A DNA stretch of 64,000 nt, taken from contig JAFYUZ010000087.1 of assembly GCA_017549365.1 (NCBI GenBank), forward strand, positions 4,112-68,111. Direction: 5' to 3'. The translations under genes and the position numbers were made by a program. The stretch is from Clostridia bacterium (GTDB taxonomy: Bacteria > Bacillota > Clostridia > Oscillospirales > CAG-382). Position 1 is the first letter of the stretch. Every line of letters begins with the position of its first letter. The notes beneath the pieces were generated by a model that saw only the letters and a list, made by a program, of their open reading frames with translations, had not been told where the DNA came from and did no database searches. Shown here piece by piece: positions 21,358 to 30,285 of the stretch.

Positions 21358-22515
21358 TTATGCCGCGGCAGATTCTTCGGAAGCGTCAGCTTCTGTTTCG
21401 GAAGATTCCTCTGCTGTATCATCTTTGGGTTCTTCTGCCTTTTCTTCGGTTGCAGGCTTCTTGGATGCAAGATATTCGTTAATGATCTCTTCGTTGATCT
21501 CTTCAAAAGAGCCGAGATATTCGATCTTTGCTTCGTCGATGGCTTTCTGAACCATTTCGCTGTAAAGCAGGTTGCAAATATAGTTTACTGCACCGGTTCT
21601 GAGCTCTTCGTCTTCAAGAATGTATCTGTCATCCATGGGATATCTCTTGATAATGTGATATCCGAACTGAGATTCGACGATTTCGCTGATCTCGTCCAAT
21701 TCAAGTTCGTAGGAAGCCTTTTCAAAGGGCTCGACCATGGTGCCGTAGGTGAAGTAATATCCGAGCTCGGGGTCCATTCCGTCCTCGCTGATCTCTTTTA
21801 CAAGCTCTTCAAACGATTCGCCCGCCTTTGCTCTTTCAAGAACGCGGTCGGCACGGCTTCTTGCCTCTGCCTTCTGGGAATCGTCAAGACCTTCGGTCTT
21901 TACAAGGATATGCTTTACACGAACGTAGTTTTCATGGATATAGTCAAGGATCTCCTGATCTTCGGGCTTGCATTCTTCGATAAATACAGCCGAAAACTTT
22001 TCGTTGTAGAGATAGTGAGCAATTCTGTCGATATATACCTTTTCGGTCATGTGGAACATATCAAGCTCTTCAAAGTACTGTTCGAGCTCGCCGCCGAAGT
22101 TTTCAATGGTCTGATCGCGCAGAGCGTAAACCTGCTGATAGTCGGAATCGGAAAGGGTAACGCCGTAATCTTCAAAGATCTCGATAAGAGAGTTCCAGTA
22201 CTTCAGCTCGTCCTCGGCTGCCGCTTCCCATACCGAGCGGTCATCTCCGCCGAGATAGTCTGCCACCTGATAAAGCATGCAACGATAAAGAGCGGCAGAA
22301 TATTCGTTGTCGTTCACCTTTATGATGTTTGTCTTGTCGTAATCGGTAAGAACGATCTCGGGAGCGACAAAATCGGATGCGCCCTCAACGTTCTGTTCGG
22401 TCTGTGTGTTGCCGTCGGAATTTTCATCGCCTGCGTTTTCATTCTTTTTGCATCCTGTGATGAAAGATGTGCCAAGCATCAGAAGAGCAAGCGCAAGAGC
22501 AAGTTTCTTTTTCAT
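21358..22515 (-). CDS. PrsA-like lipoprotein peptidyl-prolyl isomerase (parvulin type) with acidic tail
   Basis: Lipobox LMLGTSFITGC. PpiC-type core HILVKTEG...FGYHIIKR. C-terminal E/A/T-rich low-complexity tail. Confidence 0.8.
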   Translation of the reverse strand: MKKKLALALALLMLGTSFITGCKKNENAGDENSDGNTQTEQNVEGASDFVAPEIVLTDYDKTNIIKVNDNEYSAALYRCMLYQVADYLGGDDRSVWEAAAEDELKYWNSLIEIFEDYGVTLSDSDYQQVYALRDQTIENFGGELEQYFEELDMFHMTEKVYIDRIAHYLYNEKFSAVFIEECKPEDQEILDYIHENYVRVKHILVKTEGLDDSQKAEARSRADRVLERAKAGESFEELVKEISEDGMDPELGYYFTYGTMVEPFEKASYELELDEISEIVESQFGYHIIKRYPMDDRYILEDEELRTGAVNYICNLLYSEMVQKAIDEAKIEYLGSFEEINEEIINEYLASKKPATEEKAEEPKDDTAEESSETEADASEESAAA

Positions 22516-22690
22516 TATTGATACCTTTTTACCTTTCGATATTTTGTTTGGTACGGCAAAAAAAGCCGTCTACAACATGGTAGTATAAAACGGGAATGTG
22601 ACATCCGTGTGAAATCGGACAATTTTTTTAGTATTTTTTGCATTTTTTGCAAAAATATTTTATCTTTTTCCGAAAAATTCGTCCGAAAGC

Positions 22691-22719
22691 TTTACAAGAG
22701 GGCAAAAAAGAGATATAAT
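22691..22719 (+). promoter_or_regulatory. sigma-A type promoter for the Lrp-aminotransferase pair
   Basis: TTTACA (22691-22696), 17 nt spacer, TATAAT (22714-22719). Confidence 0.55.
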
Positions 22720-22831
22720 ATATTATTAAACCGACATGCAAAAGTTCAAAGAGGTCACAATGCAAGAAAGAACTCCCGCAGATGCGCAGCGAAATGAAAA
22801 TTTGAAATAACGACGAAAGGAATATACAAAA

Positions 22832-23308
22832 ATGACATTACTCGAACTGCTTGAAAACGACAGCCGCCTCACCGCCAAGGAGCTTTCTGCAATTCTTCAG
22901 AAAGAAGTGGGCGATATAAAGAAAGAAATAACAGAGCTTGAAGAACAGGGTATAATACTCGGATACAAGACCATTGTAGACTGGGACAAGACCGACAGAG
23001 AATACGTAACCGCCCTTATCGAAATAAAGGTCATCCCCCAGAGAGACCGCGGTTTTGACGAGATCGCAGGCAAGATCTGCCGCTATCCCGAGGTAAAATC
23101 GGTGTATCTTATGTCGGGCGGATTTGACATTGCCGTGCTGGTAGAGGGCAGAACCATGCGTGAAGTGGCGCTGTTTGTTGCCGAAAAGCTTGCGCTTATC
23201 GAATCTGTCACATCCACAGCCACCCACTTTGTGCTTCGCCGCTACAAGGACAAGGGCGTTATCTACAAGGCTCCCGACAAGGACGAAAGAGGAGAGGGCA
23301 TCATATGA
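22832..23308 (+). CDS. Lrp/AsnC family transcriptional regulator
   Basis: HTH region LLELLENDSRLTAKELSAILQKEVGDIKKEITELEEQGIILGY followed by an AsnC-type ligand domain. Confidence 0.9.
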   Translation: MTLLELLENDSRLTAKELSAILQKEVGDIKKEITELEEQGIILGYKTIVDWDKTDREYVTALIEIKVIPQRDRGFDEIAGKICRYPEVKSVYLMSGGFDIAVLVEGRTMREVALFVAEKLALIESVTSTATHFVLRRYKDKGVIYKAPDKDERGEGII

Positions 23309-24471
23309 TAGATTATTCAAAGATGCTTTCCGACAAGATCGTAAACATCAAGCCCTCGGGCATCAGAAAATTTTTCGATCTGCTCAACGAGGCAAAGGAT
23401 GTTGTCGGTCTCACCGTCGGACAGCCCGACTTCCCCACCCCCTGGCACATCAGCGAAAAAGCCATAAAAAGCATTGAGGGCAACAAGACCTTCTATACCC
23501 CCAACAGCGGACTCGTCCAATTGCGTGAGGCAATATGCTCGTACCTTTACCGAAGATTTGACCTTAAATACGAGCCGTCAAACGAGGTGATCGTAACGGT
23601 CGGCGGAAGCGAGGCGCTTGACGTTTCGTTGCGTGCTCTCATAAACCCCGGCGACGAGGTTATTTTGCCCCTGCCGGCGTTCGTTTGCTACGAGCCGATA
23701 ATCGAACTTTGCGGCGGAAAGCCCGTTATCATCAACACCAAGGTCGAAAACAAATTCAGACTGACAGCCGCAGAGCTGAAAGCCGCCATCACCGACAAAA
23801 CAAAGCTTCTCGTGCTACCCTTCCCCAACAACCCCACGGGAGCGATCCTTGACGAAAAGGACCTTGCAGAGATTGCAGAAGTTCTTCGTCCCACAAACAT
23901 CGCCGTCCTTTCGGACGAGATATATGCCGAGCTCACCTACGGCAGACGCCACATTTCGATCGCGTCGTTCGAGGGTATGCGCGAGCGCACCATCATCGCA
24001 TCCGGCTTTTCCAAGGCCTACGCCATGACAGGCTGGCGACTCGGATATATCGCGGGGCCCAAGGAAATAACCGAGCAGATATACAAGATCCACCAGTACG
24101 GCATCATGTGTGCCCCCACCGCCAGCCAGTTTGCGGGAATCGAGGCAATGGAGGCGGGAGATGAGGATATCGAATACATGAAGTCGCAGTACAACCGCCG
24201 CAGAATGATGCTGCTTGACGGACTTCGCACTCTGGGCTTTGAATGTTTTGAGCCCGAGGGAGCTTTCTATCTTTTCCCCAAGGTGACCGACGACAGAATG
24301 ACGTCAGATGTCTTCTGCGAAAAGCTTTTGCACGAGGGCGGAGTTGCCATTGTCCCCGGCACCGCATTCGGAGATTGCGGCGAGGGCTTTGCACGTATTT
24401 CTTACGCATATTCGATGCAGCACATCGAGCAGGCGCTTGAAAGAATGGAAAAATTCCTCAAAAACCTGTGA
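23305..24471 (+). CDS. PLP-dependent aminotransferase, class I/II (aspartate aminotransferase-like)
   Basis: PLP-lysine region SGFSKAYAMTGWRLGY, plus NPTG and DEIY motifs. The start overlaps the Lrp stop (ATGA). Confidence 0.92.
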   Translation: MIDYSKMLSDKIVNIKPSGIRKFFDLLNEAKDVVGLTVGQPDFPTPWHISEKAIKSIEGNKTFYTPNSGLVQLREAICSYLYRRFDLKYEPSNEVIVTVGGSEALDVSLRALINPGDEVILPLPAFVCYEPIIELCGGKPVIINTKVENKFRLTAAELKAAITDKTKLLVLPFPNNPTGAILDEKDLAEIAEVLRPTNIAVLSDEIYAELTYGRRHISIASFEGMRERTIIASGFSKAYAMTGWRLGYIAGPKEITEQIYKIHQYGIMCAPTASQFAGIEAMEAGDEDIEYMKSQYNRRRMMLLDGLRTLGFECFEPEGAFYLFPKVTDDRMTSDVFCEKLLHEGGVAIVPGTAFGDCGEGFARISYAYSMQHIEQALERMEKFLKNL

Positions 24472-24516
24472 TTTCCCGTTGCACGCTTTGTACACAAACA
24501 TACCGAACAACAAAAC

Positions 24517-24556
24517 AACTCCCATTGTACCGCGGTACAATGGGAGTTTTGATTTT
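24517..24556. terminator. bidirectional intrinsic terminator (aminotransferase and EF-G paralogue converge)
   Basis: Perfect palindrome AACTCCCATTGTACC-GC-GGTACAATGGGAGTT followed by TTTTGATTTTTG. The 5' flank is A-rich. Confidence 0.85.
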
Positions 24557-24563
24557 TGTTTGA

Positions 24564-26615
24564 TTATTCTTCTGCTGTTGCGTTTTCTGCAATGATCTTC
24601 TGTGCAAGCGGTCCCGGAACTTCTTCGTATCTTTCAAAAGCATATTCGAAGTCGCCTCTGCCCTGAGTCATGGCGCGCAGGGTGATGGAATAGGTGGTCA
24701 TTTCGGACTGGGGAACTTCTGCCTCGATGATGGTGAGGTCAGCATTGTCGCCCTTGCCTGTGCCGAGAATTCTGCCGCGGCGCTTGCTTACGTCGCCGAT
24801 AACGTCGCCCATGTAATCATCGGGAACAGAAACGGTAAGCTTGCCAACCGGTTCGAGGATGGCGGGATTTGCGTTTTTAAGCTCTTTGTATGCAAGACCT
24901 GCCGCAAGTTTGAACGCCATTTCGGACGAGTCAACGTCGTGGTACGAACCGTCAAAGAGGTCTGCACAAAGGCCAACCATCGGGAAGCCTGCCAAAACGC
25001 CCTTGAGCATACATTCGGAAAGTCCCTTTTCAACTGCGGGATGGAAGTTCTTGGGAACCGAGCCGCCAAAGGTGCTTTCGGAGAACACAAGTCCGTCTTC
25101 ACCGGGAGCAAAGTGGATCTTTACGTGGCCGTACTGACCCTTACCGCCCGACTGCTTCTTGTGCTTACCTTCTGCGTCGATCTTCTTCTTTATGGTTTCG
25201 CGGTATGCGATCTTGGGTTCGGAATACTGAACCGAAGTGCCAAAACGTGTCTTGAGCTTTGCGGTTACGATATCAAGGTGCTGTTCGCCAAGGCCGTAAA
25301 CGAGCATCTGCTTTGTTTCGGCATTGTTTTCATAGCGGAGGGTAAGGTCTTCTTCGAGAAGCTTGGAAATACCGCCCGAGATCTTGTCTTCGTCGCCCTT
25401 TGTGGCAGGAACGATACCCATGCCGTAGTAGGGAGTCTTGTACTTGATCTTCTTGTACTGTGTGGTCGAGCCAGAAGTGAGGGTGTCGTTGGTGTTGGTG
25501 TCCGAAAGCTTTGCGGTCATACCGATGTCGCCGCAGGCAAGCTCGTCAACTTCGGTCTGCTTCTTGCCCTTAAGGGTGTAGATATGCGAGAACTTTTCGT
25601 TGTCACCGGTGGTGAGGTTTTTGAGAACAGCGTCACGCTTGAGAGTGCCGTTCATAACCTTGAAGTAGGACATTTTTCCTACGAAGGGGTCGGCAACCGT
25701 CTTGAAAACAAAGATTGCGGGATCTCCTTCGGGATCGATCTTGACATATTCGTCGTCAAGGTCACGCTCGTGCTTCTTGCCGAAGGGATTCGGGAAGGAG
25801 TTGGAGATAACGTAAAGCAGGGATGTAATACCGTCAAGAGTTGCGGCAGAGCCTACCATAACGGGAGCGATGCTTCTGTCGTTGATACCCTTGCACAGAG
25901 CTTCTGTCATTTCGGCTTCGGTAAATTCTTCTTCTGCAAAGAACTTTTCCATAAGCTCGTCGGAGGTGGAAGCAAGAGATTCCATAAGAAGCGATCTTGC
26001 CTCGGCGATGTTGTCAGAGAACTTGGGATCGATGGCAATTTCCTTTGCCTCGGTGCCGTTGTATGCATACGCCTTGTTCTTGATGAGGTTTACGATACCG
26101 ACGGTCTTTCTGTTTTCAAAGATCGGGATGGTAACGGGGCAGATGGTCTTGCCGAATTTTTCACGCATGGCGTCGATTGTTGCCGAGAAGTTGGCGTTTT
26201 CGTCGTCGATCTTGTTGATAAAGAATGCCTTGGGCACGGTTGCCTCTGTGGCATATTCCCACGCGATCTCACAGCCTGCGTCCACACCGCTCTTGGCATC
26301 CATGACGATAAGAGCACAGCCCGAAACACGCAGACCCTGCATGACCTCGCCCGAAAAATCAAGATAACCGGGAGTGTCGATGATATTTATCTTTTTGTCG
26401 TTATAATAAGCGGGAGCGATAGCAGTGGAGATAGAAAATTTGCGCTTTATTTCCTCAGGGTCATAGTCACAGATGGTTGTTCCGTCTGCTGTCTTTCCAA
26501 GTCTGTCTGTCCCCTTCGAAATATACAGCATTGCTTCGGCAACCGAAGTTTTGCCGTTTCCTCCGTGTCCCAGCAAGCATATGTTGCGGATGTTTTCAGT
26601 TTTTGTAGTTGCCAT
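24564..26615 (-). CDS. EF-G-like translational GTPase paralogue with non-canonical G motifs
   Basis: 683 aa, collinear with EF-G domains I-V. G1 GHGGNGKTS, G3 DTPGYLDF (Tyr where the catalytic His normally sits), G4 NKID. Confidence 0.9.
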   Translation of the reverse strand: MATTKTENIRNICLLGHGGNGKTSVAEAMLYISKGTDRLGKTADGTTICDYDPEEIKRKFSISTAIAPAYYNDKKINIIDTPGYLDFSGEVMQGLRVSGCALIVMDAKSGVDAGCEIAWEYATEATVPKAFFINKIDDENANFSATIDAMREKFGKTICPVTIPIFENRKTVGIVNLIKNKAYAYNGTEAKEIAIDPKFSDNIAEARSLLMESLASTSDELMEKFFAEEEFTEAEMTEALCKGINDRSIAPVMVGSAATLDGITSLLYVISNSFPNPFGKKHERDLDDEYVKIDPEGDPAIFVFKTVADPFVGKMSYFKVMNGTLKRDAVLKNLTTGDNEKFSHIYTLKGKKQTEVDELACGDIGMTAKLSDTNTNDTLTSGSTTQYKKIKYKTPYYGMGIVPATKGDEDKISGGISKLLEEDLTLRYENNAETKQMLVYGLGEQHLDIVTAKLKTRFGTSVQYSEPKIAYRETIKKKIDAEGKHKKQSGGKGQYGHVKIHFAPGEDGLVFSESTFGGSVPKNFHPAVEKGLSECMLKGVLAGFPMVGLCADLFDGSYHDVDSSEMAFKLAAGLAYKELKNANPAILEPVGKLTVSVPDDYMGDVIGDVSKRRGRILGTGKGDNADLTIIEAEVPQSEMTTYSITLRAMTQGRGDFEYAFERYEEVPGPLAQKIIAENATAEE

Positions 26616-26906
26616 TGTTGTTAGACTCCTTTCCGGAATTGTACTTGCCCGTACAAAGCGATGTATTTATGTCAGAGATCTTTTTTGAAAAATGTCCGTC
26701 ACCAATTCATTTTGCACTGTATGGGTTCGGCTTTAAAAAATAAAATTGCCGTTGGATATATTATAAATCACTTTGCAAAATTATGCAATATGTAATAATA
26801 ATCATAATATTCTTTTTTATTTTGTGCATAATCCACAAATATTTGTGAAAAAAATCGTTTTCATCCCAATTCAATTAACATCGGCGCAAAAAAAGTCGTT
26901 CTTTCG

Positions 26907-26935
26907 TTGACATCCGACAAGTTTTATGTTATAAA
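26907..26935 (+). promoter_or_regulatory. sigma-A type promoter for the beta-helix gene pair
   Basis: TTGACA (26907-26912), 17 nt spacer, TGtTATAAA (-10 at 26930-26935). Confidence 0.55.
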
Positions 26936-26978
26936 TATGTTGATGATGCCAAAGACAAGCAAAAGGAGACCTGCTTTT

Positions 26979-28418
26979 ATGAACGATACAAAATTTGATC
27001 TCGACTCGCTTTTTGAAAGCCGCAAACACGAGATACTGACCACAAACTCCTCGTTCTTTTCAAAAGGACCGATCTATTACGTTTCGCCCGACGGCGACGA
27101 CGAAAACGACGGCAAAAGCCGCAACACCCCCTGGAAAACCTTGAAAAAAGTTTCGTCGGCACCTCTTGTGCGCGGCTCGGTGGTTCTTTTCGAGCGAAAC
27201 CGCACCTTCCGCGGAGTTCTTAACTGTTGCGAGGGGGTTATATATTCTGCCTACGGCAAGGGTGCAAAGCCCCGTCTTTTTGCCTCGCCCGAAAACGCGG
27301 CGTATCCCGCGGCGTGGGAAAAACTTGTGGGCACCGAAAATATATGGAAATACACCAAAGAAATAACCGACTGCGGAACTTTGGTTTTTGACGGCGGAGC
27401 ATACCATTCGATAAAGGAGATCCCATCATATATTGACGGAAAATACATTGTCCGCGGCGCCGACATTCCCTTTGACGTAAAAAAAGACATACGCTACGAT
27501 CTTGGCATCTTCTGCGATTGTGCAAAGGTTATGCGCCGCGACCTTCCCCTGCCCGATATGTATAACCGCGAAAACACGGGAACACTCTATTTGAGATGCG
27601 ACAAAGGCAACCCCGGACTTCTCTTCTCGAGCATCGAGCTTTGTGTGAGAGAAAACGGAGTTATTCCCAAAAACGGCGTTACGATAGATAACCTTTGCAT
27701 AAAATACGCCGGTTGTCACGGCATTGGCGGCGGAAACGTAAAAGGTCTTACAGTCCGCCATTGTGAGATCGGACGCATCGGAGGATGCGTGCAGTTTTAT
27801 AATCCCGACGGACGTGTGACAAGATACGGCAACGGAGTTGAAATATACGTTTCGTGCGCGGAGTATACTGTGGAAAACTGCTATCTTTACGAAATATACG
27901 ATGCCGCCATCACCCATCAATTCAAGGGAAAAAGCCCGTCCCCCTGCACCATGACAAACGTTGTTTACAAAAACAACCTCATCGAAAACTGCGTTTATTC
28001 GATCGAATATTTCCTTGACCAGGACGATTGCGACGAGCAGATCATGTCGGATATCCTTATCGAGAATAACTTTATGCGCTGTGCGGGCTATGGTTTTGGC
28101 ACCCAGCGCCCCGACGGCACAACGCCCGCCCACATAAAGGGCTGGGACCACAAAAACCCTGCAAGAAATTTCGTTATCAAAAACAACATCTTCGACCGCT
28201 CGGGACACATGATGATCCACGCAGGCTTTGCGGACGAAGCCTTTAAGCCGCAGTTTGTCGGCAACACCTACGTCCAGAATCGCGGCGGCGAATTTTTGAG
28301 AGTGGGAAAAAACCCCACCTCCATGATATACTTTGACGGAAACGCAAAAGAAAACGTGAAAAACATTCTTGGCGACACCATTGCAACCGTGGTTTTTTAT
28401 AAAGGAGAAGACAGATGA
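26979..28418 (+). CDS. right-handed parallel beta-helix (pectin-lyase-fold) protein, no signal peptide
   Basis: Cap motif IYYVSPDGDDENDGKSRNTPWKTLKKV, then coil-like repeats (NLCIKYAGCHGIGG, VRHCEIGRIGG, NCYLYEIYDAAIT). Start moved to ATG 26979 (AAAGGAG RBS). Confidence 0.75.
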   Translation: MNDTKFDLDSLFESRKHEILTTNSSFFSKGPIYYVSPDGDDENDGKSRNTPWKTLKKVSSAPLVRGSVVLFERNRTFRGVLNCCEGVIYSAYGKGAKPRLFASPENAAYPAAWEKLVGTENIWKYTKEITDCGTLVFDGGAYHSIKEIPSYIDGKYIVRGADIPFDVKKDIRYDLGIFCDCAKVMRRDLPLPDMYNRENTGTLYLRCDKGNPGLLFSSIELCVRENGVIPKNGVTIDNLCIKYAGCHGIGGGNVKGLTVRHCEIGRIGGCVQFYNPDGRVTRYGNGVEIYVSCAEYTVENCYLYEIYDAAITHQFKGKSPSPCTMTNVVYKNNLIENCVYSIEYFLDQDDCDEQIMSDILIENNFMRCAGYGFGTQRPDGTTPAHIKGWDHKNPARNFVIKNNIFDRSGHMMIHAGFADEAFKPQFVGNTYVQNRGGEFLRVGKNPTSMIYFDGNAKENVKNILGDTIATVVFYKGEDR

Positions 28419-30097
28419 TATACCGCATTTCCGATTTTGAAAATTCCCACAAAAGCCTTGTTGCGGCAATAAATTTTGCCGTGCAGGCGTTGGACGAGGG
28501 CGACACCCTTGAGCTTGAGGACAAGGTGTACGACATTTTCCCCGACGGTGCTTTTAAAAAATACTATTGCATCTCAAACAACGACAAGGGCGAAAAACAG
28601 ATTGCCTTTCCCGTTATCGGCAAAAAGAACGTGACGATCGACGGACGCGGGTCAAAGCTTGTTTTCCACGGCGATATTCTGCCCTTTGTCATAGACGAAA
28701 GCGAAAACGTAAAGGTAAAGAACTTTTCAATAGACTATTCCTCGCCAAAGTACGCGCAGGGAAAGGTGATAGAAGCAAGCCTTAAAAGAACCGTGCTTGA
28801 ATATGACGGCGACGAGTTCAATTGCCGCGTGGTGGACGGAAACCTTTCGTTTTTCAGCAAGACCGACGGCTGGGAAAACACAGTCGAGCAATGCCTGACA
28901 CTGGAGTTTGACGCCGACAAAAAAGCCCCCGATCCTTTTGCTCCCACCTATTTTATCTACACGGGCAAGCCCAAGGACCACGGTTTTCTCGGCAGAATGT
29001 TCAAGGATATAAAGGCGCGCGAGCTTTCGGAAAACGTTATTGAGCTGTGCGGCAATTTCACCCGTGAGCACAAGGTGGGCAATTATCTGATAAGCACCCA
29101 CTGCGGACGCCATTATCCCGGCATTTTCGTTGCCGATTCAAAGGACGTTGACCTTTACGGCATTGATCTTTTGCACACCTACGCCATGGGCGTTATCTGC
29201 CAGACCAGCGAAAACATCTCTCTTGAAAAAATAGTTGCGCAGGCAAAGAAGGATACGCCCAGAATGCTTTGCGTAAACGCCGATGCCACCCATTTTGTCA
29301 ACTGCCGCGGAAAAATATCCTTTAAAAACTGCAAGTTTGTCAATATGATGGACGATGCCTGCAATATCCACGGAATATATCTGAAAGATCCCAAAAAAGT
29401 GGACGAAAACGCCTTTGTGGCAGGCTTTGGACATTTTCAGCAGGTGGGCATCAATATCTTCCGCAAGGGCGACGAGGTGCTTATCACAAATCCCAAAAAT
29501 ATGAAAGAAAAGCAAGTTTATACGGTTGAAAGATCGGTTCTTCTTTCGGAAAACGAGATAAAAGTTTTTGTAAAAGAGCCGCTTTGTGACATTCCCGCAG
29601 GATACGTTGCCGAAAACCTTTCGTCCGCCCCCGATATTCACGTATGCTCCTGCGAGACGGGCAACAACCGTCCGCGAGGTTTCCTGCTTGCCACCCGCGG
29701 AAAAACGCTGGTGGAGGACAGCACCTTTTACAATATGTACGCAGGCGTTGTGGCAGGTTGCGAAATGCGCAACTGGTACGAAAGCGGACCTGCCGCCGAC
29801 ATCACTGTGCGCAACTGTAATTTCAAAAACAGTGCGTATGCAGGCGGTTTTGCCATGACCGTCGTGCCAAATCTCTACTCTCCCGAAAACGCAGGCAGTA
29901 TCAACGGCAGAGTGCTTGTTGAAAACAACAGATTTGAACTGCACGAAAAACGATTCCTGTGCGTTCGCAACACCGCCGAAGTCACCTTCAGAAACAACGA
30001 ATATATCTGCAACACCTCGCTTCCCTCACACCCTGTCGGAAACCCCGACGGCATCGATGTTTTGTGGTGCGAAAAGACAGATATTGAAAAAATATAA
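28415..30097 (+). CDS. right-handed parallel beta-helix protein (possibly glycosidase-like), no signal peptide
   Basis: 560 aa, ATGA overlap with the upstream gene. Repetitive coils (CNIHGIY, VCSCETGNNRPRGFL, VRNCNFKNSAY, VENNRFE). Any resemblance to GH110-type enzymes is only an impression. Confidence 0.65.
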   Translation: MIYRISDFENSHKSLVAAINFAVQALDEGDTLELEDKVYDIFPDGAFKKYYCISNNDKGEKQIAFPVIGKKNVTIDGRGSKLVFHGDILPFVIDESENVKVKNFSIDYSSPKYAQGKVIEASLKRTVLEYDGDEFNCRVVDGNLSFFSKTDGWENTVEQCLTLEFDADKKAPDPFAPTYFIYTGKPKDHGFLGRMFKDIKARELSENVIELCGNFTREHKVGNYLISTHCGRHYPGIFVADSKDVDLYGIDLLHTYAMGVICQTSENISLEKIVAQAKKDTPRMLCVNADATHFVNCRGKISFKNCKFVNMMDDACNIHGIYLKDPKKVDENAFVAGFGHFQQVGINIFRKGDEVLITNPKNMKEKQVYTVERSVLLSENEIKVFVKEPLCDIPAGYVAENLSSAPDIHVCSCETGNNRPRGFLLATRGKTLVEDSTFYNMYAGVVAGCEMRNWYESGPAADITVRNCNFKNSAYAGGFAMTVVPNLYSPENAGSINGRVLVENNRFELHEKRFLCVRNTAEVTFRNNEYICNTSLPSHPVGNPDGIDVLWCEKTDIEKI

Positions 30098-30144
30098 CAA
30101 AAAACCATTGCAATGCCATGTAAGCTTTGCAATGGTTTTGCTTT

Positions 30145-30285
30145 TTATTCAATAATCTCCCGTATGGCACTTTCGGCGTCCTTTACCTCCTTGTGAAAGG
30201 CGGCGGCAGGCACGCGCAGAGCACCCGAGCCGAGTATTATCATCTGCTCGGCGGCATCGGAGGTGGCAACCCTTACGCGGTGTTA
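30145..30285 (-). other. in-frame TAA (30283-30285) plus 45 further in-frame codons encoding the missing C-terminal part of the NYN/Rae1 domain
   Basis: Same frame as the 30283-32715 CDS: ...VSHELSK * HRVRVATSDAAEQMIILGSGALRVPAAAFHKEVKDAESAIREIIE * (second stop at 30145-30147). The VATSD...EQ...G.GALR string matches the conserved YacP/Rae1 C-terminal half as I recall it. Confidence 0.8.

Noticed and set aside
24939-26624. 561-aa ORF antisense to the EF-G paralogue. Similar shadows: 21355-22521, 27426-28469, 34570-35529, 36087-36866, 41240-42067, 46026-47309
   Set aside because: All overlap genes with clear family motifs on the other strand. They lack RBSs and have aberrant composition.
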